Assembly (NCBI GenBank): GCA_963666315.2
Contig: CAXXHG010000009.1
Span: forward strand, 1-57,910
Length of the DNA stretch: 57,910 nt
Reading direction: 5' to 3'
Source of the DNA: Candidatus Binatia bacterium
GTDB taxonomy: Bacteria; Desulfobacterota; Binatia; Bin18
Shown: piece after piece, positions 1 through 8,575 of the stretch
Layout of the letters: each line of letters starts with the position of its first letter
Position numbering within the stretch: the first letter of the stretch is position 1
The notes under the pieces: generated by a model
The model's input: only the letters and a program-made list of their open reading frames with translations
Databases searched by the model: none
What the model was told of the DNA's origin: nothing
Position numbers and translations under genes: made by a program

Positions 1-200
1 TTGATATCGATGTAGAAACGGCAGAACGATACGCGGTGATTCTCAGTTCCCTCTGGAATGCTGGAACACCTATCCCTACGACCGATATGTGGATCGCAGC
101 AAGTGCTATGCAGCACGGACTACGCGTTGTGACGACCGATACGCATTATCAAAAGATCCCCCAGGTGATCACGAATTATTTTGAGAGATTCTCGTCTTAA
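1..200 (+). CDS. PIN-domain (VapC-like) toxin, C-terminal part; 5' end lies outside the window
   Basis: Manual translation from nt 3: DIDVETAERYAVILSSLWNAGTPIPTTDMWIAASAMQHGLRVVTTDTHYQKIP...SS*. It has the PIN 'PIPxxDxWIAA' and 'vTxDxHf' motifs; TAA at 198-200. Confidence 0.85.
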   Translation, partial: DIDVETAERYAVILSSLWNAGTPIPTTDMWIAASAMQHGLRVVTTDTHYQKIPQVITNYFERFSS

Positions 201-202
201 AA

Positions 203-877
203 TCACGCCGGCCACTTCACCTGATGCTCCTGGGCCATAAAATTAGTAATCACACTTTGGTCCAAAAACTTCGCGCCATCAGCCCATGAGCCTTCCATAA
301 ATTCTTTCGAATTCACCATCTTGTCCCATGCCGCTAGGTCTTCGACCCAGAGCTGGGCCACGCCGTCCCATTTGGGCTCAGCATAGCTGTAGGCAGCGTC
401 GATAGTATGGCACTGCACATAGCGCTGTAGGCCGGGTAGTTCGCACACTATGGGGCCGTGCACGTCGATCCAGTATTTACGGTAGTCCTCTAAACTCCAG
501 CCAGGCTTCCGTTTTAACTGAAAAATACCTTTCACTTGCTGTGGCGTCTGAGGGCCATCTTTGATCACATGGTCTTGGGTCACCAACCATTCCACCCGGT
601 TCATATCGATAAAATTCGGTTCATCCACAAGCGCGCCGTTCATATACTCAGGACTCTGGCGCAGGGCATCCATGGCTGCCTCATTTTCAATCCATGCCTC
701 CGCTGCCCCATCATACGGAGAATTCGTTCCCTCAAAAGGAATGCGGTGACTCTGTCCATAGCGCCAGGTCTGGGTAATACGTTGGGCGATCGGCCCATGC
801 GTTTCCTTCCAGTAGCGGTGAAACGCTTCATCGCTTAGCGACGGCTTTCTGGTGATAAAATAGAGCAAATGCAGCAT
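203..877 (-). CDS. EthD-family protein with two tandem EthD (dimeric alpha/beta barrel) domains
   Basis: Two repeats of RKPxxSxExf..YW...HGPI...Y.QxH...(Y/W)DG.A..W; RBS AAGGAGG upstream. Confidence 0.85.
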   Translation of the reverse strand: MLHLLYFITRKPSLSDEAFHRYWKETHGPIAQRITQTWRYGQSHRIPFEGTNSPYDGAAEAWIENEAAMDALRQSPEYMNGALVDEPNFIDMNRVEWLVTQDHVIKDGPQTPQQVKGIFQLKRKPGWSLEDYRKYWIDVHGPIVCELPGLQRYVQCHTIDAAYSYAEPKWDGVAQLWVEDLAAWDKMVNSKEFMEGSWADGAKFLDQSVITNFMAQEHQVKWPA

Positions 878-1056
878 AGTTATCCTCCTTGTGCTTTTAG
901 TGCAGCCCTCTCTGCTGGCTTTTTATACCCTACCCTGACACGATGCAAATATTTGTCATGAGCTTCCTTCCCCATACGGGGAGTGGATATACTAGGCCAG
1001 CCTGGTTGTGTACAATCTTTACCATGGGAAAACATTTAGCCTAAGGGGCTCTTAGC

Positions 1057-2832
1057 ATGAAAATTCTCGTTGCCGAAACAGCAGGTTTTTGCTGGGGGGT
1101 ACGTCGCGCGTTGGATCAAGCCGTCGACCTGTCTAAAAAAATTGAAGGGCCGGTCCAAACCTTCGGCCCGCTCATCCATAATGCCCAGGTTCTCGAAGAG
1201 TTGACGGAGCAGAACATTCACGCGGTCTCAGCAGTTGCAGATGTGCAAGGTGGAACGGTTTTGGTGCGTGCCCACGGGGTGCGACCGGAAATATTTGAGC
1301 AGCTGGAGGCGACAGGCGCCGAGGTCTTCGATGCCACCTGCCCGCTGGTCCGCAAGGTGCAAAAAATCATCACCAAATACAGTAACGATGACTACGATAT
1401 CGTCATTGTGGGGGATGACCATCATGCCGAAGTAGCCGGCCTCAAAGGCTATACGTCGAATCGGTGTTATGTCGTTGCCGACGAACACGAAGCCGAAGTC
1501 CTACCGAATTTTGACCGTGTGTGTGTGGTGTCACAAACCACACAAAACGACGATACGTTTGCGCGCACGGTTGACGTTATTACGAAAAAAGCCCAAGTGA
1601 TCCGGGCAGCCAATACGGTATGTGAGCCTACACGGGATCACCAGAGCGAAACTATAGATCTTGCCCGGCGGGTAGACCTGATGGTTGTCGTCGGCGGTCA
1701 CCATAGCGCCAACACCTGCCGCCTAGCAGATTTGGCCGCCCAGGAAGGCGCTCCTGTTCTGCATATAGAAACCGATACAGAGCTGACTGAAAACGACTTC
1801 AGCAATTGTCAGGCCGTGGGGGTCACGGCTGGTGCGTCAACGCCGGAGTGGATGATTAATCGCGTTGTTGACAAAATCGAGTCGTTCAATCAAGAGACGA
1901 CGAGCCGGGTCAACACCGGCCTCAAGCGTCTGCTCGAACTCCTGGTTGCCAGCAATGTGTATGTGGGCCTGGGCGCAGCATCCCTTGCGCTTGCGGCCAG
2001 TTTGCTGCTCGCCCCCCAGCTCTCTTGGTCAGCATTGGTGCCCATACTCAGCACCGCAGGCCTGTTCATTATGGCGATGCAAGCCCTCAACCGTTACCAA
2101 GAGCGCTCCCACTACAGTGGCTGGGGGACTTTTTCACCGCGCGCGTTTAAACGCTTTCAACGCATCACACTCGGGCTGGGCATTAGCGCAATCGTCATTG
2201 CTTTAGGCATTGCGTTGACCTTGGGCAGTGGCCAAGTTTTCGCGCTTGCCACCTGCGGCCTGCTCGGCGTCCTGTATGATATTAAACTGATCCCCATGTC
2301 CTGGGCGCGCCATATTATGGGCGTACGTAGGATCAAAGACTTGCCGGCGGCGAAAGATTTCTCCGCAGCCATCGGCTGGAGCATGGCGATTGCCATCGTT
2401 CCGCTCCTCACCATCGACTCCGCCTCGGGACTTCGAGCCGGCGGCGTTATTGGCTTTGTCTTCCTCTTTGTCTTTTTGCGCTCAGCCCTGCTCGGCGTCC
2501 GCGATGTGCAGGGCGACAAAATTATGGGGATGGAAACTATATTTCGTGTGGTCGGCAAACGCCGAACCAAGGCGGTCTTAGTGAGTACGATGGCCGTCCT
2601 GTGCCTGCTGCTATTCGGCTTATCCTATCCCTGGCAGGGATTGCCGCTCGCCGTGTTTCTCTCTGTCGTCGTTCCGTATATCGGCGGGGTCAGTTGGCTA
2701 TATCATCAACGTCTCTTACCGAAAGGTGCGGCAGGGGAAATTCTTGTAGACGGCCAGTTTCTTTTGGCAGGCGCGGCAGCGCTCGCGTGGCGTTTGTGTA
2801 TGGATAACGCGCTTTTCGGTTTAGTTTCTTAG
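1057..2832 (+). CDS. ispH: 4-hydroxy-3-methylbut-2-enyl diphosphate reductase fused to a C-terminal UbiA-like polytopic membrane domain
   Basis: The N-terminal ~280 aa carry AGFCWGV, GPLIHN, RAHG, DATCPLV, NTVC, SANT and TAGASTP. The C-terminal ~300 aa are multi-TM with RIKDLP and RDVQGD (DxxGD). Confidence 0.93.
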   Translation: MKILVAETAGFCWGVRRALDQAVDLSKKIEGPVQTFGPLIHNAQVLEELTEQNIHAVSAVADVQGGTVLVRAHGVRPEIFEQLEATGAEVFDATCPLVRKVQKIITKYSNDDYDIVIVGDDHHAEVAGLKGYTSNRCYVVADEHEAEVLPNFDRVCVVSQTTQNDDTFARTVDVITKKAQVIRAANTVCEPTRDHQSETIDLARRVDLMVVVGGHHSANTCRLADLAAQEGAPVLHIETDTELTENDFSNCQAVGVTAGASTPEWMINRVVDKIESFNQETTSRVNTGLKRLLELLVASNVYVGLGAASLALAASLLLAPQLSWSALVPILSTAGLFIMAMQALNRYQERSHYSGWGTFSPRAFKRFQRITLGLGISAIVIALGIALTLGSGQVFALATCGLLGVLYDIKLIPMSWARHIMGVRRIKDLPAAKDFSAAIGWSMAIAIVPLLTIDSASGLRAGGVIGFVFLFVFLRSALLGVRDVQGDKIMGMETIFRVVGKRRTKAVLVSTMAVLCLLLFGLSYPWQGLPLAVFLSVVVPYIGGVSWLYHQRLLPKGAAGEILVDGQFLLAGAAALAWRLCMDNALFGLVS

Positions 2833-2841
2833 CCATACCGG

Positions 2842-2864
2842 CGTCCATACGACCGATATGGACG
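2842..2864 (+). terminator. Hairpin downstream of ispH (possible terminator or RNA-stabilising stem)
   Basis: CGTCCATA-N7-TATGGACG, 10 nt after the stop codon; no U-tract. Confidence 0.3.
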
Positions 2865-2999
2865 AGCGCGGCAGACAACCACGATCATAGCCCCAGAAGT
2901 AGGAGGCTCTATTATGCCCCCGATAGCCATGTCCCTGGCCGCAGTGGCAGCGCTGAGTCCGCCTCAGATCGCGATGAAAGGCTGCATAGGTGGTGCAGA

Positions 3000-3452
3000 T
3001 TGTTGAAGGTCGCAATCATTACCTTGGCCTCAGCACTCGCTGTATTCGGACTCGTCACTTGGTGGGCGCTTGAAGCGAGTGGCGTCGCTGTGATCGAGAC
3101 ACATACCCCGGACGGCACGCTTCGGTCCACCCACGTGTGGTTTGCAGAGCCGGATGGCGAGCTTTGGCTCGAGGCCGGCACGCCAGACAATCACTGGTTC
3201 CAGGATATTCAGCAAGATCCCACGGTCTCATTCTCCGCCGTGCGGCGATCCGGTCGGTACGCTGCCCATCTAATTGCCGGCCCTTCCGGCCACAAGAGGA
3301 TCCGGTCCCTCCTCCGTCAGAAGTACGGGCTGCGCGATTGGTGGGTTGGCCTCCTCGTGGACACATCAGGCCCACGAGCCGTACGCCTCCCCCCTAGAAT
3401 CCGAGTCAGCGACAGCGCCCGATTCATGATCAGTCAGAGGAGAAGTCTGTGA
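3000..3452 (+). CDS. Membrane-anchored split beta-barrel (deazaflavin/PNPOx-like, DUF2255/DUF385-like) protein
   Basis: N-terminal TM, then 'RSTHVWF', 'WFQDIQQDPTV' and 'LRQKYG'; start uncertain. Confidence 0.5.
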   Translation: MLKVAIITLASALAVFGLVTWWALEASGVAVIETHTPDGTLRSTHVWFAEPDGELWLEAGTPDNHWFQDIQQDPTVSFSAVRRSGRYAAHLIAGPSGHKRIRSLLRQKYGLRDWWVGLLVDTSGPRAVRLPPRIRVSDSARFMISQRRSL

Positions 3453-3647
3453 TACTGGAAGTTGCAATCCTCAATGTAAAACCTGGCCAGGAAAAAGAAT
3501 TTGAAGCGACGTTTGCTAAAGCGCAGGCAATCATTTTCAAGCAGGCAGGGCTATGTCTCGCATCAATTGCAAAGGTGCATCGAACACTCGAGCCGGTACA
3601 TACTCCTAGCAAACTGGCAAAATCTCGAAGATCATGAGGTTAAGTGA
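3449..3647 (+). pseudogene. Antibiotic biosynthesis monooxygenase (ABM) domain gene, frameshifted and 3'-truncated
   Basis: MILEVAILNVKPGQEKEFEATFAKAQAII continues, after removing one T from the T4 run near 3535, as SSRQGYVSHQLQRCIEHSSRYILLANWQNLEDHEVK*. The usual C-terminal third is missing. Confidence 0.8.
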
Positions 3648-3916
3648 TGCGCTTTCTCATCATGCTGGAACAAACACAAGCCGGGTTTGCCGTGCAAGTA
3701 CCCGATTTAGCGGTCGTAACTTACGGAAAAACGGTTGAGGCGGCAAAACAAGCGGCCTGTGCGGCAATCCAGATCAATCTGGAATCCTATCGGGAAGCGG
3801 GGCAAGCCATACCTGAACGGCAACCCGTTGAACACCACCTAGAGAATCCTGAATTTCAAGAGTTGGTATTTGCCTGCGTGGAAGTGCCTGAGCCCAAGGA
3901 ACGGATAGCAGCGTAG
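3647..3916 (+). CDS. HicB-family antitoxin (no hicA nearby)
   Basis: 'FAVQVPDL..vTYGKTVEAAKQAA..AI...LE.YRE.G..IP' is HicB-like; the ATG at 3647 overlaps the upstream TGA. Confidence 0.8.
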   Translation: MRFLIMLEQTQAGFAVQVPDLAVVTYGKTVEAAKQAACAAIQINLESYREAGQAIPERQPVEHHLENPEFQELVFACVEVPEPKERIAA

Positions 3917-3946
3917 AGAGGACGGGCTTTCCGGTGATTCGATCCC

Positions 3947-5434
3947 TCATCGAACACCGACGAGCGACTTTGAGAAATACCCAGAGAACACAGCGTCAGC
4001 CGCCGCTTCTCCGCTACGCACACAATCGGCAAGACCAACGCCTCGATAGGCGTTACCCGCCAGCGCGAGCCCCGGATACTGCGCGGCCTGTTTTTCAATC
4101 TCATCGACGAGTTGAAGATGCCCAACTCGATATTGCGGCATCGACTGCGGATAGCGCGCAATACGCGTAAACAACGGAGCGGCTTGGATTCCAAGTAACT
4201 GTCGCAACTCGCTCCGGACCATAAACGTGATGTCGCTATCGTCACGCTCAAACAGCTCGGCTTGCAGCGCGCCACCAACAAAGGCCCGGAATAATACATG
4301 CTCGCTCGGTGCACGTCCGGAATACTTCACACTAGAAAACGTACCGGCGATAATCGAACGGTTCTCTATATAAGGCACGACAAAGCCGAAACCGTTGAGC
4401 GGATGCGGAACCTGGTCACGCCGGTAGGCGAGATTGACGGTTGCTGCGGAGCTATACGCAATACTCGATAATTGCCGCCTCAGGGTTTGGTCCAGATCAC
4501 GAACTATACGCTCAGTGGCGAACGCAGGCGTGGCAAGCACCAGGCCATCGGCCTGGATAGTCGAGCCGTCCTCGCACCCCACTTGCCAGGGAGCATGCCC
4601 TGCCCCCTCTTGTTCCGGTTGATACTGCACCGTCGCAACAGCACAGTTGTAACAGATTGCCCCAAGCGAAAGTCTCTCGGTCAGGGCGGCGACCAAACGT
4701 TGCATGCCCTCTTGGAGAGTCACAAATAGGCTCCAGCGTGCGCCACTCGTCCCTTGTGTAGTCTGAGGATTCCGCCGGGCCGCTCGCCACAGACCATAAA
4801 TCACACTCCGGTAGTCACGTTCCATTTGCAGGAAACGCGGCATGGTCGCGGCAAGGCTGAGTTGATCGGGATCAGCCGTATAAATTCCACCGATCAGAGG
4901 TTGGGCTATGCGCTCCAGCGCTTCCTGCCCGAGACGACGGCGGACAAAGGAACCCAGGCTCTCATCTTCTTGCGCCTGAGCCCGAGGAAGGACCAAATCA
5001 AGCGCCATACGCAGTTTGCCGGGCCAGGAAAAAATGCGGGACCGGATCAATGAACCGAACTGGGTTGGCGCCAGCAGCATAAAACCTTGGGGTAAGAGTT
5101 CAAGCTTTCCTTTGTGCACCACAAACGTCGCTCGGTTCTCATCGTTGGTTCCAATCAGTTCAGATTCGAGCCCAAGCCGACGGCACAGGGCCAACGCCCA
5201 GGGTTTTTCCGAGATAAACGAGTCCGGCCCCAGCTCAAGCAGGAAATCTTCTTGGCGCTCCGTTTCAATCACCCCACCAAGCCGCCGGCCAGCTTCAAGC
5301 AGCGTGAAGCGAAGCGGACGCTCTCGCTCACGGCTCAACTCGACCAAGCGATGCGCGGCAGCAAGGCCGGCAATTCCGCCACCGACGATGACAATGTGCG
5401 GGGGACTATCAACGCGTAAGGAAGGAAGGCTCAC
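3947..5434 (-). CDS. hemY: HemY-type FAD-dependent protoporphyrinogen/coproporphyrinogen oxidase
   Basis: GGGIAGLAAA, RLGGVIET, ELGPDSF, GIYTADP, GFGFVVP, MPQYRVGH, GNAYRGVG. Confidence 0.95.
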   Translation of the reverse strand: MSLPSLRVDSPPHIVIVGGGIAGLAAAHRLVELSRERERPLRFTLLEAGRRLGGVIETERQEDFLLELGPDSFISEKPWALALCRRLGLESELIGTNDENRATFVVHKGKLELLPQGFMLLAPTQFGSLIRSRIFSWPGKLRMALDLVLPRAQAQEDESLGSFVRRRLGQEALERIAQPLIGGIYTADPDQLSLAATMPRFLQMERDYRSVIYGLWRAARRNPQTTQGTSGARWSLFVTLQEGMQRLVAALTERLSLGAICYNCAVATVQYQPEQEGAGHAPWQVGCEDGSTIQADGLVLATPAFATERIVRDLDQTLRRQLSSIAYSSAATVNLAYRRDQVPHPLNGFGFVVPYIENRSIIAGTFSSVKYSGRAPSEHVLFRAFVGGALQAELFERDDSDITFMVRSELRQLLGIQAAPLFTRIARYPQSMPQYRVGHLQLVDEIEKQAAQYPGLALAGNAYRGVGLADCVRSGEAAADAVFSGYFSKSLVGVR

Positions 5435-5450
5435 AATAGCAGAGTTTCTT

Positions 5451-5480
5451 GTCGGGTTACGCTGCGCTCACCCGACCTAC
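5451..5480 (-). repeat. GTAG-family REP-like palindrome
   Basis: Minus strand reads GTAG-GTCGGGT-GAGCGCAGCGTA-ACCCGAC; its TAG is the hemH stop codon. Confidence 0.75.
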
Positions 5481-6421
5481 GATCGGGCAGACTCAGACCC
5501 GTCATTCATAGTTTTTAGCACCACGTCGGCCAGCATTTGAATAAAGGTCGGATGGTCGTTCACCGTCTGAGCGCGGACCATAGTGAGCCCGTTCTGTTGT
5601 GCGCTGCGCTGCGCTTGTGTGTCCAGATCGTATAACACCTCAACGTGATCACACACAAAGCCTATGGGTACGACTACCACATGTGAGGCTCCGTTCGATG
5701 CAAGTTCCTTCAGAACCTCTCCAATATCAGGTTCCAGCCAAGGGACCTGAGGCGGACCGCTCCGACTCTGATACGCGATAGTCCAGCGCGCATGCCCGAT
5801 GCGTTGTGCCACAAGCCGAACGCCTGTTTCGATCTGACTGATATACATCTGAGTGCCGGGCATGGCGGTCGGGATGCTGTGAGCTGTAAATACGAGCGGT
5901 GTAGCAGTACGGCGCTCTGCCGGGACTTCGGCCAACGCCTTCGTTGTCAGGTCTGCAACCGCACGGATAAATAATGCGTGCTGATACCAACCGGCCGTGA
6001 ACGTTACGGCTGGGGCAGTCGCGCCGACTTGCTGCCGAGCGTCTGCCACATTGGTTTTATAGCGTTCCCAGCCCGCTTCGCTCTGCTGGGCAGAAAGAAT
6101 ACAACCAATAGCGTTGGTGATGCCGTCTGCTGCCATGTGTTCAAGCGTCTCGGCAAGATAGGGATGCCAGTTGCGCATGCCAACATAGACCGGCAATTGG
6201 GGACCTTCTTTCTGTAAGAGATTCCGGAGTGCCTCAGCCTGTCGAAAGGTAATCGCATTGAGCGGAGATCGTCCGCCGAAATACTCGTAGTGTCGCACCA
6301 CCTCTTCAAGCCGTGCGGGCGGGACCGGGCGCCCGTGTACAACGTTGGCGAGAAAGGGCCGAACGTCTTCCATTTTCTCCGGCCCGCCAAACGCGATCAG
6401 GAGTACCGCGTCGCATTTCAT
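5477..6421 (-). CDS. hemH: Ferrochelatase
   Basis: FGGPE, GGRSPL, GMRNWHPY, FTAHSIP, YQSRSG, WLEPD, GFVCDHVEVLYDLD. Confidence 0.96.
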   Translation of the reverse strand: MKCDAVLLIAFGGPEKMEDVRPFLANVVHGRPVPPARLEEVVRHYEYFGGRSPLNAITFRQAEALRNLLQKEGPQLPVYVGMRNWHPYLAETLEHMAADGITNAIGCILSAQQSEAGWERYKTNVADARQQVGATAPAVTFTAGWYQHALFIRAVADLTTKALAEVPAERRTATPLVFTAHSIPTAMPGTQMYISQIETGVRLVAQRIGHARWTIAYQSRSGPPQVPWLEPDIGEVLKELASNGASHVVVVPIGFVCDHVEVLYDLDTQAQRSAQQNGLTMVRAQTVNDHPTFIQMLADVVLKTMNDGSESARS

Positions 6422-6453
6422 ACTACATCCCCGCCCACTCTAGACGTCGGACG

Positions 6454-7488
6454 CTAGACTCCCCGCTCCGACAGCTCATGCACCATATCGACCAGGGCAA
6501 TGACATTATCGACCGACGTCTGGGGCAAAATTCCATGCCCAATATTAAAGATATGCCCAGGTCGTTGCTGCGCCTCTTTGAGTACGCGTTCAATCTGTAC
6601 GCGTAATTCGTTCCGAGGGGCAAAGAGCACCAGGGGATCCAGATTGCCTTGCACGGCCCGCTCAAACCCTATGCGTTGCCACGCGGTGTCGAGATCCACC
6701 CGCCAATCCACACCGATCACGTCCCCGCCCGCCTCTGCGAGCAGTTCGAGCAGTCCGGCCGTACCAGTCCCGAAGTGAATGACCGGCACACCTGAGGTAA
6801 TACCTTGGATCAGCTCCTGCATATGGGGCAGGAGAAACGTTCTGTAGTCACTCGGCGACACACAGCCGACCCACGAATCAAAGAGCTGGATCACCTGTGC
6901 TCCTGCCGCAATTTGGCCGTTCACATAGGCCGTAATAACGCGCACTAAGTGAGACATGAGGGCGCGCCACGCTCCGGGGTCTTGATACATCAAGCGTTTG
7001 GTTTCGAGATAGTGGCGCGAGGCGCCGCCTTCGATCAGATACGACGCTATCGTGAACGGTGCCCCGGAAAAGCCTATCAACGGGATATGATCAGGCAATC
7101 CATTGCGAATTTGAGACACTGCCTCAAAAACAAAGGCTACCGTCTCTTCGGGCGGACGCTCAACTAACCGGTCGATGTCTTGTCCTGAACGCACCGGGCG
7201 ATGGATCACCGGTCCGTCAACTTTGGTGAATTCCAACCCCACGCCCATGGGCTCAACGATGAGCAAGATGTCGGAAAACAGAATGGCGGCATCAACACCG
7301 AGGCGTTCAACCGCCTCAATGGTTACCTGGGCAGCCAAATCCGGCGTTTTACACAGCGTCAAAAACGGTACGCGGTCGCGCAGGGCGCGGTACTCCGGCA
7401 TGTAGCGTCCGGCTTGACGCATCAACCATACGGGGGTGTAGGGAGTCGGTTCGCCACGACACGCTCGAAGAAAAACTGAGGTCTGCAT
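6454..7488 (-). CDS. hemE: Uroporphyrinogen decarboxylase (start probably 7488 or 7506)
   Basis: PVWLMRQAGRYMPEY, AAILFSDIL, GAPFTIASY, QLFDSW, QGNLDP, FNIGHGI. Confidence 0.97.
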   Translation of the reverse strand: MQTSVFLRACRGEPTPYTPVWLMRQAGRYMPEYRALRDRVPFLTLCKTPDLAAQVTIEAVERLGVDAAILFSDILLIVEPMGVGLEFTKVDGPVIHRPVRSGQDIDRLVERPPEETVAFVFEAVSQIRNGLPDHIPLIGFSGAPFTIASYLIEGGASRHYLETKRLMYQDPGAWRALMSHLVRVITAYVNGQIAAGAQVIQLFDSWVGCVSPSDYRTFLLPHMQELIQGITSGVPVIHFGTGTAGLLELLAEAGGDVIGVDWRVDLDTAWQRIGFERAVQGNLDPLVLFAPRNELRVQIERVLKEAQQRPGHIFNIGHGILPQTSVDNVIALVDMVHELSERGV

Positions 7489-7601
7489 TATTAGCCAGTT
7501 TATCATACAGCCGCCAGGCAACAGAAGTCCCGCCGCTCTTGCTGTCTGATATCCGCTTCCGATACAACCCAACCAGAAAACTGAAGAAAAGGAGCGTAGT
7601 C

Positions 7602-8474
7602 ATGTCTGACTCTGGAACGCATCAAGCCCATCATGTGACGACAGTGCATGGATTTCGGATGCATTATATTATTGCCGGCTCCGGCTATCCACTCGTCCTG
7701 CTGCATGGCTGGCCACAGAGCTGCTACGAATGGCGGAAAGTCATAGGTCCCCTCGCAGAGCAGTTCACCGTCATTACCCCGGACCTCCGGGGTCTGGGAG
7801 ATTCGGAGCGTCCACTGACCGGCTATGACAAACGCACCCTGGCCTCAGATGTGTATGAGCTGGTCAAATCTCTGGGCTATGAGAAGATCGGGCTGACCGG
7901 GCACGACTGGGGCAGAGCCGTCGCTTACTACTTTGCCTACGATCATCCGGAAATGGTCGAGCGGTTGATGATACTCGATATGATTCCGGGTTTGGGCCGC
8001 AAAGGTGAGAAGATGGACATCGAGGTTGCGCAGCGTTTTTGGCACGTCTTCTTTCATGCTGGCATGCCCGATCTGGCCGAAAAACTTGTCAGCCCGAACG
8101 TCGAGATGTATTTGCGGCATTTTTATAATTCGACCGTATACAATTACAGCCCGCACGTTTTCACCGATGAAGATGTGGCCGAATATGTTCGCGTATATTC
8201 CGCGCCAGGTGCGTTGCGAGCAGGCTTCCAGTACTACAAGACAGGCTTAAACGAAGACTTTGAGAATCTGAGCTCGTGCACGGAAAAGCTCAAAATGCCC
8301 GTCCTGGCCTGGGGCGGCCAGACGTTTCTCAGCAATATCGTCCCGGTCTGGCAGGAGGTCGCAGACAATGTCGAAGGCGGCGAAGTTGAACAATGCGGGC
8401 ATTTCATTGCCGAGGAAAAGCCCGATTTTGTGATCCAGCAGGCACAGGAATTCTTTGGACCGTTACGAGGCTAG
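7602..8474 (+). CDS. Alpha/beta hydrolase of the epoxide hydrolase/haloacetate dehalogenase type
   Basis: HGWP oxyanion motif, PDLRGLGDS, GHDWG Asp nucleophile, C-terminal CGHF; RBS AGGAG before ATG 7602. Confidence 0.9.
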   Translation: MSDSGTHQAHHVTTVHGFRMHYIIAGSGYPLVLLHGWPQSCYEWRKVIGPLAEQFTVITPDLRGLGDSERPLTGYDKRTLASDVYELVKSLGYEKIGLTGHDWGRAVAYYFAYDHPEMVERLMILDMIPGLGRKGEKMDIEVAQRFWHVFFHAGMPDLAEKLVSPNVEMYLRHFYNSTVYNYSPHVFTDEDVAEYVRVYSAPGALRAGFQYYKTGLNEDFENLSSCTEKLKMPVLAWGGQTFLSNIVPVWQEVADNVEGGEVEQCGHFIAEEKPDFVIQQAQEFFGPLRG

Positions 8475-8525
8475 GCCTACGTAAAGCACGTCAGTTTTGA
8501 GAAAATGTCTTTCTTCCCACTGTCG

Positions 8526-8554
8526 TTGGCTTTCGCTTTTATTTCGCCTATAAT
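8526..8554 (+). promoter_or_regulatory. Sigma70-type promoter of parC-parE
   Basis: TTGGCT-17 bp-TATAAT, followed by a GGAGG RBS. Confidence 0.6.
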
Positions 8555-8575
8555 CCGGTCTGTGGAGGTGGATGA

